This document shows, piece by piece, positions 1-8,431 of a stretch of 32,000 nucleotides of DNA. Both the position numbers and the translations under genes were made by a program. The notes below the pieces were generated by a model. The model saw only the letters and a list, made by a program, of their open reading frames with translations, searched no databases and was not told the origin of the DNA. Within the stretch, counting starts at the first letter, position 1; each line of letters starts with the position of its first letter. Source of the DNA: Cylindrospermopsis raciborskii Cr2010 (lineage in GTDB: Bacteria; Cyanobacteriota; Cyanobacteriia; Cyanobacteriales; Nostocaceae); NCBI RefSeq assembly GCF_003367075.2, contig NZ_CP065936.1:510001-542000 (forward strand), written 5' to 3'.

Positions 1-46
1 AAAAGCATATTTCCGGATGACAGAACTTTCCCCATCCCGATTGAAT

Positions 47-592
47 TTATGCTGCATCTAAATAGAAGTTCCATAGCCCTGCACTGACCAACATCAATTG
101 ATCATCAAAATCGGTCACACGATTCCTATATACAGAATGTACACAGTTATATCTCTTAATTCCAGAGTGAGCGTGCTCACACACAACTCGCTGACGACTG
201 AGTTCTCGATTCTCCTCCTTTTGCTGCTGTGTTAACTCCTTACCTTTCGGTTTCTTGTGTGGTAAATGGACATTGACAAATTCTTTCTCCAACCCATGAA
301 AACCCAAATCTCCCTCTATTGCTACTTCATCAGGAATGTATTGCACTATCTCTGATTCATGGAGTAGCCGTTTGTCATGCACTTTACCTGCTCTGGTTTT
401 CGTCAGAATAATCACTCGTTTCTCCCTTGTGCTGACTGTAATCTGCTTGCATGTATGCCGCTTTTTCTTGCCAGAGTAATACTCTTTTTGGCGTTCTCGG
501 TTTTGAGGACGCTGGACTGGACGCTCCGTACCATCCACAATCACCTCCTTCACATCTGGAAACCGGCGTTGCATATTTGCGGGATGAATCAA
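47..592 (-). pseudogene. IS5-like (DDE_Tnp_4 type) transposase, 5'-truncated by the adjacent IS1-family element
   Basis: Protein contains VDGTERPVQRP...YYSGKKKRHT...VCEHAHSGIKRY, typical of IS5-like DDE transposases. N-terminal part is absent; the first residues (IHPANMQR) come from the IS1 terminal repeat at 565. Confidence 0.8.
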
Positions 593-1320
593 CTAAACGC
601 GGGTATTACTTCATACTTTAAATAGTGAAGTAATAATTTAATTGAATACCTAAGCATATCTACAGATTTTGAATAGCATAGCGTTTTTCTATGTAGTCGC
701 GCTAAGTAGTGACGTAAACGTGTATTTTCACCCTCTACCCTAGTCATATATGTTTTGCTCACAATATGATCCTCTGGCTGAATAAAACTCGGATAAACCC
801 TCCACCCATCAGTAACATAAAAAAAGCATTGCCAGAGTTTAACGATGTCCCACAAAGGTTGAAATGCTTGTGAGCTGTGGTCTCCCACAACCCAAGCCAG
901 GATATTTTTACGGAAGTGATTTACTGCTGTCCACAACCATATTTTGTTTTTTTTTGATCCCACAAAGGTCTCCAACTCATCAAGCTCACCTACCAAGGGT
1001 GTTTCCTCAACTGGTGGAGCATCTGGAAGTATGGAACCAATTTGTTTTAGCCAGTAAATAATAGTTGTATGATGAACGCCTTTATCGCGTTCAATTGCTC
1101 TAAATCCCATACCGTTAACATAAGAGCGCAGGCAACTTTGTTTAACTTCTTCTGAATAGCCTTTAGGTGGACTATAGACATCGATAAATTGACGACCACA
1201 ATCAACACAAATGTGATTTTGTTTACCTCGACGTTTGCCATTCTTTCTGATTTTGGAAGACCCGCAGTTTGGACAATGCACAGTAGATTACCTCAATTCA
1301 TACCTCTATTATGCAACGCC
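565..1320 (-). mobile_element. IS1-family insertion sequence, 756 bp
   Basis: Terminal inverted repeats GGCGTTGCATATTTGCGGGATGAATCAA (565 onward) and reverse complement of 1293-1320 GGCGTTGCATAATAGAGGTATGAATTGA flank an intact IS1-type transposase. No matching TSD (left flank ...CTGGAAACC, right flank ACAAATCTT...). Confidence 0.85.
589..1281 (-). CDS. IS1-family transposase
   Basis: ORF of 230 aa with N-terminal CPNCGSSKIRKNG...CVDCGRQF zinc finger and LDELETFVGSKKNKIWLWTAV catalytic region. Confidence 0.9.
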   Translation of the reverse strand: MHCPNCGSSKIRKNGKRRGKQNHICVDCGRQFIDVYSPPKGYSEEVKQSCLRSYVNGMGFRAIERDKGVHHTTIIYWLKQIGSILPDAPPVEETPLVGELDELETFVGSKKNKIWLWTAVNHFRKNILAWVVGDHSSQAFQPLWDIVKLWQCFFYVTDGWRVYPSFIQPEDHIVSKTYMTRVEGENTRLRHYLARLHRKTLCYSKSVDMLRYSIKLLLHYLKYEVIPAFS

Positions 1321-1721
1321 ACAAATCTTTCTACTGCGGATTTAATTCCCCATTGACAGAATGAAGCTAGAATTACTTCTGTATCAGAGTGTCCACGAAA
1401 AGTATGACCTAGCCCAATCAGTTCCTGGCGCAGCTGGGAAAAGTTATAAATTTCACCATTGAATACCAGAATATAGCGACCATCAGATGATGCCATAGGT
1501 TGTTTCCCTAGGGGAGAAAGGTCCACTATGGATAGGCGGCGGTGTGCTAGGGCTATCCCTGCTCTTTTATCTGTCCATGTTCCCCCGTCATCAGGTCCTC
1601 GATGGTAGAGAGGCTTGGACATTTGCTGGGCAATCAACTCCAACTCTTGACTGTTAATTGATTTAGTCCAATAACCAGTAATTCTAATTGATTTAGTCCA
1701 ATAACCAGTAATTCCACACAT
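1321..1721 (-). pseudogene. asnB: asparagine synthase (glutamine-hydrolysing), N-terminal fragment, 3' part lost at the IS1 boundary
   Basis: MCGITGYWTKS...YHRGPDDGGTW...LAHRRLSIVDLSPLGKQPM...VFNGEIYN...GHSDTEVIL matches the class II glutamine amidotransferase domain. Coding stops being asnB-like at the IS1 end at 1320; the synthetase domain is absent. Confidence 0.88.
1655..1714. repeat. perfect 30-bp tandem duplication inside the asnB start
   Basis: taattgatttagtccaataaccagtaattc at 1655-1684 and again at 1685-1714. Confidence 0.97.
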
Positions 1722-1727
1722 GGGGTT

Positions 1728-2783
1728 TTAATATCTTTTTAAAAGTTCTAATACTTTTGGTGCAGTTACTTGAATACAATACTCACGTTCAACCTTTTGC
1801 CGACCAGCTTGTCCCATCTTAAACCTCAGATCTGGATTAGATAACAATTTCTCCAGAGCATCTTCCCACTCTGAAAGAGTGGTTGCTAAAAAACCATTAA
1901 CACCATGCTCGACAATCTGAGTATTCACACCAATAGGGGAGGCGACCACTGGCAATCCACAGGCCATATATTGAATTAACTTGTACCCACACTTGCCGCG
2001 ACTGAATGAAGAATTATCAAGTGGCATGATGCCAATATCAAGCTTACTTATGAGACCGACTTCCGTTTCCTCACTCCATGGAACTGATTCCATGGGAATT
2101 TGCAGTTCACGAGTATTAATTCCAATAGCAAGGCATCGACTTTTATCTTGAACTGATAATTGGTTGAGTAGAGGAGATAGCATACGGAGATGCTTTGCTG
2201 TAGATCTTTGACCAATCCAACCGATACAGGGTAAGTGGTTTTTTCTTACGGAATTTACACAATGATATTTGTTCAGATCTATTACTGTAGGTACGACTGC
2301 AACATTCTCCGAACCTGCAGTGCGGGCAAATTGTGCCAAGTAAGAGTTGCCAGCAATAACGAGTGCAGAACTGCAAATCAAGTCCGGATGTTTATTAGCA
2401 AGCAGATATCTAACTAAAAAGTTAGGGTGTTGATCATAATTATGGAAAACAGCGTCATCATAATCAAGGACGTATGGTATGTTCTTCAAGAAGATATTCT
2501 TTTCAAACCAAGCAGGTAACCAGGGAAAACACTCTTTTTCAATCCATAGAAGATCATACTTAGGAAGTGTCGGAACCATCTTTAGTCGAGAGAAGTATCC
2601 TCTCAAAACGTTATATATATTCTTACTTCCACCTTGGAGACTGCTAACATATTGATCGGAGAATAAAGAAGATACAGTAACCTGTATACCATTTTTTTCT
2701 AACCATGGAATATACTGGTAGGATCTTAACCGTGATGAGGCTCCTAGTTTTCCATATCTGGTAAGTATCAGGAGGTGTTGCAT
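1728..2783 (-). CDS. glycosyltransferase (GT4-like)
   Basis: 351-aa ORF with LDYDDAVFHNYD, IGWIGQRSTAKHL, DIGIMPLDNSSFSRGKCGYKLIQYMACGLPVVASPIGVN. Confidence 0.85.
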   Translation of the reverse strand: MQHLLILTRYGKLGASSRLRSYQYIPWLEKNGIQVTVSSLFSDQYVSSLQGGSKNIYNVLRGYFSRLKMVPTLPKYDLLWIEKECFPWLPAWFEKNIFLKNIPYVLDYDDAVFHNYDQHPNFLVRYLLANKHPDLICSSALVIAGNSYLAQFARTAGSENVAVVPTVIDLNKYHCVNSVRKNHLPCIGWIGQRSTAKHLRMLSPLLNQLSVQDKSRCLAIGINTRELQIPMESVPWSEETEVGLISKLDIGIMPLDNSSFSRGKCGYKLIQYMACGLPVVASPIGVNTQIVEHGVNGFLATTLSEWEDALEKLLSNPDLRFKMGQAGRQKVEREYCIQVTAPKVLELLKRY

Positions 2784-2942
2784 AGTTACAGCAAAACTAG
2801 TTTACATAGGATGAGTAGCACTTTAAATATATGATTGTGTTTAGTATAGTTGTCTTTTGATTTGAAGTCGAATAAAAGTGTTGTAAATTAGCTTAACGCA
2901 GACAATAATTTGCAACTACATACATGAATCAGTCGCTAATTC

Positions 2943-3033
2943 GGTGTTGCATATTTGCGGGATGAACTGGCATCCGAAATCATTGAAAAATCGTTGAAAA
3001 TTTGGGTAAATCATCCCATGATTCAGCAACGCC
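2943..3033. mobile_element. 91-bp MITE related to the IS1-family element at 565-1320
   Basis: Ends GGTGTTGCATATTTGCGGGATGA and (reverse complement) GGCGTTGCTGAATCATGGGATGA are imperfect TIRs. The first differs from the IS1 left TIR at a single base. Flanked by perfect 8-bp direct repeats GCTAATTC at 2935-2942 and 3034-3041. Confidence 0.9.
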
Positions 3034-3744
3034 GCTAATTCTACTAATTAGATAGCGAACTTCATAGCAAGGAAATATGTAACACAGGTTTTCTTCATAA
3101 AACTCCTTCATATAGATACATGAGTTAAAAAAAGTACCCAGCAACAGTTTAAATCCATGTCTTATATAAAAAGGGGGCGCTGACTTAAAAATAAGATCGA
3201 CTTTTTCAGTTTTAAATTTTAGGTTCATATTATAAGTAGGAACCTGTCGAAAAAAGGGTGACCCCGTGGACAAATAACAAAAAGTATAAAGTCCGAAAAA
3301 TCTTTGATGGGTTGGATCTGAATAAAAATAAGGATTTGAAAAATGAGGTGCTACTAGCTCTATGCTGCCACCTGGTTTAACGATCCTTTCTAACTCTTTC
3401 ATCAACAGAAACAGATCTGGAATATGTTCGATAAAATGATAGGAATAAACTTGGCTAACAGTACCGGTCTTAAAGCAAACTAAAACCTCGTAAATATCAC
3501 CAACAATGTCAACACAAGGTGCATCTAAAATGTCAATTCCAATTGCTTCAGGATGTCTTTTTCGTGAGCCGCATCCTAGTTCAATTGTAACAGGATATTT
3601 GTTATCTAAACAGCCAATAACGTTGTTCTTATCGATCATTAACATTCTCCTTATATAGCAGTATGCGGTTGAATGAGATGCAAACTGATGTACTAAACAG
3701 ACGAGATCACTGGAAAATTGGAATCTAGAACTCTCATGAACCAT
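2980..3744 (-). CDS. class I SAM-dependent methyltransferase with MITE-derived C-terminal tail
   Basis: VTIELGCGSRKRHPEAIGIDILDAPCVDIVGDI motif I region; YSYHFIEHI and ELERIVKPGGSIELVAPHFSNP. True start is probably an internal Met. Last 17 codons lie in the 2943-3033 element. Confidence 0.82.
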   Translation of the reverse strand: MVHESSRFQFSSDLVCLVHQFASHSTAYCYIRRMLMIDKNNVIGCLDNKYPVTIELGCGSRKRHPEAIGIDILDAPCVDIVGDIYEVLVCFKTGTVSQVYSYHFIEHIPDLFLLMKELERIVKPGGSIELVAPHFSNPYFYSDPTHQRFFGLYTFCYLSTGSPFFRQVPTYNMNLKFKTEKVDLIFKSAPPFYIRHGFKLLLGTFFNSCIYMKEFYEENLCYIFPCYEVRYLISRISGVAESWDDLPKFSTIFQ

Positions 3745-4504
3745 TTCTCTGGTTTGTTTTCGCTAATGCTTGTAAATGAGAAATTTTCCTATACCACTTA
3801 AGCAATCGAAGATTAAACAAAAACCACTGAAGATAAAAGTTATAACCATGTGCAACTAAAGCCTTAAACTGATCAGAAAAGCTAATGAGCTGACTTTTAT
3901 TGCTTATACCTCCATCTGAAAATTCTCCAGCAATGAAATCTGGATATGAAAATTTTGCACCGCTTACTAATGCTCTAATCATAAACTCACCATCTGCATA
4001 AATAGGGTACATATTAGAATAATTACCAAGTTTTTTGTGAAGACTACATCTTATGGCAGTCCCTACTGAATGGGCGGCAATCAAGCTACTACCTCCATAC
4101 AACCAAACTAAGTGCGATCCCTTGGGCTTTTTAAGCCTTTGCAAAATTTTTACGTTCGCAGCGATGATATCCGCATTATCCTCAAGAATAGCTTTTTTGA
4201 AGTTTGCTACAGCGTCAGCATAAAAGACATCGTCACACCCTGCGACTACATAATAACCTTCATTGCATAACTCTAAGCCAGTATTAATAGCGTGATATAT
4301 ACCAAAATCATTCCTGTTGAGAATTAATTTTTTAGCGATGCCTTGTATTTTTTCTGCCTTTTGAAGAGTGTTGTCATTCGATCCTCCATCAACTAATATC
4401 CAAACAAAGTCCTTATCTGTCTGTGACTCTAACGATTGAATTAACCTTTCTATACAATTTCCAGCATTAAAACTTGCTGAAATGATATATAATCTAGTTT
4501 TCAT
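3734..4504 (-). CDS. family 2 glycosyltransferase
   Basis: YIISASFNAGNCIERLIQSLESQTDKDFVWILVDGGSNDNT and YYVVAGCDDVFYADAV. Confidence 0.9.
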   Translation of the reverse strand: MKTRLYIISASFNAGNCIERLIQSLESQTDKDFVWILVDGGSNDNTLQKAEKIQGIAKKLILNRNDFGIYHAINTGLELCNEGYYVVAGCDDVFYADAVANFKKAILEDNADIIAANVKILQRLKKPKGSHLVWLYGGSSLIAAHSVGTAIRCSLHKKLGNYSNMYPIYADGEFMIRALVSGAKFSYPDFIAGEFSDGGISNKSQLISFSDQFKALVAHGYNFYLQWFLFNLRLLKWYRKISHLQALAKTNQRNGS

Positions 4505-4549
4505 GTACTTTAGCCTACCAGTGGATTCGGTGGAAAATAGAAAATCATA

Positions 4550-5310
4550 AAGCAGTATGGGACTCCGTTTTTTCTCAGCATTGTGTTTAGAAGAGCGATC
4601 GCGAAGTACTCCCCATGGGATCTCGCCTTTTCATATTGTATACTTTTACTCAGATTAAAGAATGTTGCATCAAAGTTTACCTTGATGGTTATCTGTTTGC
4701 TGAATGCGATCGCCTATTTACAAGAGCAGTATAGGATTTCCTTGTTTCTCACCGTTATGTTCACAATGGTGATTGCGAAGCACTCCCCATGGGAGCTCGC
4801 CTTTTTATAGTGTATACTTTTACTCAGACTAAAGAATATTGCATCAAAGTTTACCTTGATGGTTATCTGTTTGCTGAATGCGATCGCTTATTTACAAAAG
4901 GAGTATGGGATTCTATTTTTTCTCAACGTTGTGTTTAGAAGGGCGATTGCGAAGCACTCCCCACGGGAGTTCGCCTTTTCATAGTGTATGTTTTCACTTA
5001 GCTTAAATAACATCGCCAAAGTTTAGTTGGATGATTATTTGTTTGGTAAATGCGATCGCTCATTTACAAAAGGAGTATGGGATTTCCTTTTTTCTCAACG
5101 TTATGTTTACAATGGCGATTGCGAAGCACTCCCCACGGGAGCTCGTCTTTTATAATGTATGCTTTATAATGTATGCTTTTACTTAACTTAAAGAACACTG
5201 AATCAAAGTTTAGTTAAATGATTCTATGTTTGCTAAATGCGATCGCCTGTTTAGAAAAGGAGTATGGGATTCCATTTTTTTTCACAGCTGTGTTTAGAAG
5301 AGCGATCGCT
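4550..5310. repeat. imperfect ~174-bp tandem repeat, about 4.4 copies
   Basis: Motif gtatgg/gtatag starts at 4555, 4729, 4903, 5075 and 5262; hairpin motif GCGAAGCACTCCCCAYGGGAG starts at 4601, 4775, 4949 and 5121. Each unit carries a GCGATCGC (HIP1) or degenerate version. Confidence 0.93.
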
Positions 5311-5351
5311 CTTGATTAAAAGACATTTGTCAGGGCAATCTTCCAGAGTGC

Positions 5352-5579
5352 TTATGCTACTTGAATATATTTCAAGGGGTTTTTAGGCTGGGGTAGAGGT
5401 TGGTTATTTTCTTGATAAAGCTGAAGATAACTGTCAATCACTTGCTGACCATGTTTGGCTGCTTCCTCATAAGTATTCCCGTGGGTGTGGATGTCTTGAA
5501 AAGGGAAGTCAGGAAGGTGAACTACATAGCAGTTATCCTCTTGAGACCAGAAAATAATCATACTATAATGTGAATTCAT
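5352..5579 (-). CDS. hicB: HicB-family antitoxin
   Basis: 75 aa; YSMIIFWSQEDNCYVVHLPDFPFQDIHTHGNTYEEAAKHGQQVIDSYL. Confidence 0.9.
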   Translation of the reverse strand: MNSHYSMIIFWSQEDNCYVVHLPDFPFQDIHTHGNTYEEAAKHGQQVIDSYLQLYQENNQPLPQPKNPLKYIQVA

Positions 5580-5782
5580 TGTAATTCTTCTAGTCTTGCG
5601 AGTCTTTGTTTAACTTGTTTCTCTAAATAGATTTTAGCATCGTCACCATCCTTACCTGCAATTGTTATCGGCATATCTGGCATTTTTTCGTGAATCCAGA
5701 TTGTGTGACTACCTTTACCAGTCCGTTGGATAAACCCGGCTTTTAACAACATTGCCTTTAGTTCTCGAATTTTTTTAGGCAT
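5576..5782 (-). CDS. hicA: HicA-family toxin (mRNA interferase)
   Basis: 68 aa; KIRELKAMLLKAGFIQRTGKGSHTIWIHE...ITIAGKDGDD. Overlaps hicB by 4 nt in the canonical hicA-hicB order. Confidence 0.92.
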   Translation of the reverse strand: MPKKIRELKAMLLKAGFIQRTGKGSHTIWIHEKMPDMPITIAGKDGDDAKIYLEKQVKQRLARLEELQ

Positions 5783-5802
5783 TCAAAGTTATTAAATAAA
5801 TA

Positions 5803-5850
5803 CATAAAAGGAGTATGGGATTTCCTTTTTTCTCAACGTTATGTTCAGAA
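5803..5850. repeat. detached partial copy of the 174-bp repeat
   Basis: aaaaggagtatgggatttccttttttctcaacgttatgtt matches the start of the array units (compare 5068-5107). Confidence 0.9.
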
Positions 5851-5877
5851 TAGTGAGCGCCCGTTTATAAAAACATC

Positions 5878-7116
5878 CTAATTTTTCTGGAGAACTTCAC
5901 TGTAAACCTTACAATACTGATCAGCTATTAAATGATTAGCCCACCTCCCAACAGCGCGTTCTCTAGCAGCTAATCCAAGATCACTAAGTCGCGAATGGTC
6001 GCATAAAACCCACTCAATACCTAAGGCTAAATCATCAGCATTAAAAGCTTTAGCTAAATATCCCGTTTTAAGATGCTCTACTATATCAGGTAACCCACCA
6101 ATGTTAAATGCAATTACGGGTGTGCCACAGGCGTGGGCCTCAAGACCGGTGTTGGGAAGGTTATCCTGACGCGAAGGAATGACCATTGCATCAGCAGCAG
6201 AGTAGAGAATTCGCAGACTAAGATCATCATGCAAATGACCAGTGTAGTGTATGGGAAACCCTAGGTCTATGGGTTCTCTAGGTTCCAATTGTCCAAACAC
6301 GACTAATTCTAATCCAGCAAATTGCCCACGGAGGAGATTAAGAGCTGATCGCAACAGGTCAAATCCTTTTCGGGGATCGCGAGACCCACCTACCGCCCCG
6401 AATAACAGTAAGGGAACGTCTGTGGGTAGATCCAAAAGTTTTCGCGCCAGATTTCTGTCAAAGGGTTGCCATATCTCAGTATCAATAGCATAGGGTATTA
6501 ATTTGACTGGCCAGTTGTGCATTAGGTGGCTTTTGGTTACACAATCTGCCAACCATTGGCTAGGAGTGACAATTTGTAGCGGCTTTTTCCAGTGCTTGAG
6601 TTTGCGATTCCATGTCCACCGGTTAAGGTCAAAGCCACTCTCATAGTCCGGTCGATTATCTTTCCAGTAGCCCTCGCGCCAGCGAAATTCTTCTGTGTAA
6701 TGCTCCGCTCCACAAAATGCCCACATGTCATGGAGAGTCCATACTATTGGTTTATCTAGTTTACCTATATCGCTGATTGACAGCATTTCTCCGTTTAACC
6801 AATGTAAATGAAGTATGTCTCCATCCGAAGCATTGAGCCGTTTTACCCAGGTGGATGGGATGATCGCGGGAGAATGAAGAACTTTGTTCTCGGTTTGGAA
6901 GATTTGTTGAAATAAAACCTCTATCTGAGGGCGAATTTTAGCCAACCCCTTGCCCAATTTGGTTTTGTGTCCATTTACGGTCCAATCTCCCGACTGAGCT
7001 ACATTTACTGCCATGGTGGAATTCACTCCGTGAAGACGCAGGGCTTTGTGAATTCGATAGGCCGCACGTGATGCACCTCCCAGAATGTCGGAGTGATTAA
7101 TATGTATTATTTTCAC
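5878..7116 (-). CDS. glycosyltransferase family 4
   Basis: 412 aa; HINHSDILGGASRAAYRIHKALRLHGV, WTLHDMWAFCGAEHY, SRDPRKGFDLLRSAL, MVIPSRQDNLPNTGLEAHACGTPVIAFNIGGLPDIV. Confidence 0.93.
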   Translation of the reverse strand: MKIIHINHSDILGGASRAAYRIHKALRLHGVNSTMAVNVAQSGDWTVNGHKTKLGKGLAKIRPQIEVLFQQIFQTENKVLHSPAIIPSTWVKRLNASDGDILHLHWLNGEMLSISDIGKLDKPIVWTLHDMWAFCGAEHYTEEFRWREGYWKDNRPDYESGFDLNRWTWNRKLKHWKKPLQIVTPSQWLADCVTKSHLMHNWPVKLIPYAIDTEIWQPFDRNLARKLLDLPTDVPLLLFGAVGGSRDPRKGFDLLRSALNLLRGQFAGLELVVFGQLEPREPIDLGFPIHYTGHLHDDLSLRILYSAADAMVIPSRQDNLPNTGLEAHACGTPVIAFNIGGLPDIVEHLKTGYLAKAFNADDLALGIEWVLCDHSRLSDLGLAARERAVGRWANHLIADQYCKVYSEVLQKN

Positions 7117-7152
7117 AAATTATTCCCATGAGAAAATTCAAAAATTAAATAT

Positions 7153-7391
7153 CTAGCTAGGCTTTTTCGCCTCGATATACATTGACTCTAAACCCTTTCT
7201 AGGAAGTCCGTCTACATCCACGTCTAAGGGCTGAAATGGAAATTCGTGGAACATACTTGTATTGAAGCTGCATCGACTAGTAGCGATAAAACCAACTGAC
7301 TCCAGTGCTCGCTGTATTTGGCGGAAGTCCCACAACCAGTGATGGCGTTCCCCAACAGTTGCCAGACTAACATTTTGCGTGCGAAATGCCT
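7153..7391 (-). pseudogene. C-terminal fragment of a SAM-dependent methyltransferase, 5' part lost at the IS630 boundary
   Basis: Frame reads KAFRTQNVSLATVGERHHWLWDFRQIQRALESVGFIATSRCSFNTSM...LPRKGLESMYIEAKK with no N-terminal domain; it begins abruptly at the IS630 edge. Confidence 0.72.
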
Positions 7392-7482
7392 TACAGCAAT
7401 TTTCATGTAGTTAAACTACAAAATAAGATAAGCTATAATAAGGGTAATAAACTAAAATAGAGTAGAAGTACTGTCAAATTAT

Positions 7483-7851
7483 ATGCCAAAACCTTATTCA
7501 ATAGATTTGCGTAATCGCGTGATTGTAGCATGGGTTGCTCAAGAGGGATCTCAACGCCAGTTGGCAGAAAGATTCAAGGTCAGCTTATCATTTGTGAGAA
7601 ATTTAGTACGTCGTTATCGTGAAACTGGGCAAGTTGAGCCAAAGCAATGTGGAGGATATGAAAAGCCTGTAATTGCAGGCCAATATTTAAACATGATCAA
7701 GTCTTGGCTGGATGAGAAAAATGATTTACTACTTTCAGAATTGTGCGATCGCCTGAGAGAAACGACGGGCACTAGTGTTAGTATCACAACCATGCATCGA
7801 GCCTTAGAAAAGTTGGGTCTACGTCATAAAAAAAAGTCTAAATGCCAGTGA
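7483..7851 (+). CDS. IS630-family transposase, N-terminal part (ORF A)
   Basis: MPKPYSIDLRNRVIVAWVAQEGSQRQLAERFKVSLSFVRNLVRRYRETG, helix-turn-helix domain; stops soon after an A8 run. Confidence 0.9.
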   Translation: MPKPYSIDLRNRVIVAWVAQEGSQRQLAERFKVSLSFVRNLVRRYRETGQVEPKQCGGYEKPVIAGQYLNMIKSWLDEKNDLLLSELCDRLRETTGTSVSITTMHRALEKLGLRHKKKSKCQ

Positions 7852-7927
7852 ACAGGAGACTCCACGTGTTCAAGAATTAAGGCATGATTATCGTCGTTGG
7901 GTAGATACAGTTGATATTAGAAATTTA

Positions 7928-8431
7928 GTGTTTTTAGATGAATCGGGGATAAATTTAGGGATGTCAAGGTTGTTTGCCAGAAGCCAAGATGGACAAAGAG
8001 CAATTGGTAGCGTACCAGGAAACAAGGGCAAAAATATTTCTCTGATTGGGGCTTTAAATATGGATGGAATTCTGGCAGCAATGACTGTAGAGGGAAGCAC
8101 AAATACAGAAGTATTTCTCACTTATGTAAATCAGGTTTTAGTACCTCAATTATGGAAAGGGGCTATTGTTGTTATGGATAATTTAAAGGTTCATTATGCC
8201 GAGCGCGTGAGATTGTCAATTGAATCAGTCGGTGCAAAAGTTAAGTTTTTACCCCCCTATTCTCCAGACTTATCTCCGATAGAATTGTGTTGGTCAAAAT
8301 TAAAGCAATTTCTCCGTAGTCGGGAGGCACGAACATTAGAAGCCCTAAATGAGGCCATGACAAGTGCAGTAAATTATATTACAGCAGAGGATGCGCTTAA
8401 TTGGTTCAATCATTGTGGTTTATTTACATGA
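7928..8431 (+). CDS. IS630-family transposase, DDE catalytic part (ORF B)
   Basis: FLDESGINLGMSR, VVMDNLKVHYAERV, LPPYSPDLSPIELCWSKLK. The frame is open upstream back to the A8 run at 7828-7835, so the joined protein would start in ORF A. Confidence 0.9.
   Translation: MFLDESGINLGMSRLFARSQDGQRAIGSVPGNKGKNISLIGALNMDGILAAMTVEGSTNTEVFLTYVNQVLVPQLWKGAIVVMDNLKVHYAERVRLSIESVGAKVKFLPPYSPDLSPIELCWSKLKQFLRSREARTLEALNEAMTSAVNYITAEDALNWFNHCGLFT

Noticed and set aside
864-1241. Plus and minus short ORFs over the IS1 transposase (864..1061, 1047..1241)
   Set aside because: Alternate-frame shadows of the transposase gene.
565-1320. TSD for the IS1-family element
   Set aside because: Flanks ...ATCTGGAAACC and ACAAATCTTTC do not share an 8-9 bp duplication; interpreted as rearranged flanks instead.
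4583-4810. 75-aa plus-strand ORF in the repeat array
   Set aside because: It is a read-through of two repeat units (IAKYSPWDLAF / IAKHSPWELAF); its length follows from the 174-bp period being divisible by 3. No recognisable domain.
4550-5310. Possible CRISPR array
   Set aside because: Units are ~174 bp and homologous over their whole length, with no short-repeat/unique-spacer organisation and no cas genes nearby.
7224-7406. 60-aa minus-strand ORF overlapping the methyltransferase fragment
   Set aside because: Wrong frame; the homologous methyltransferase tail is in the frame of 7153..7335.
7888-8121. Minus-strand ORFs inside the IS630 element
   Set aside because: Antisense shadows of the transposase catalytic ORF.
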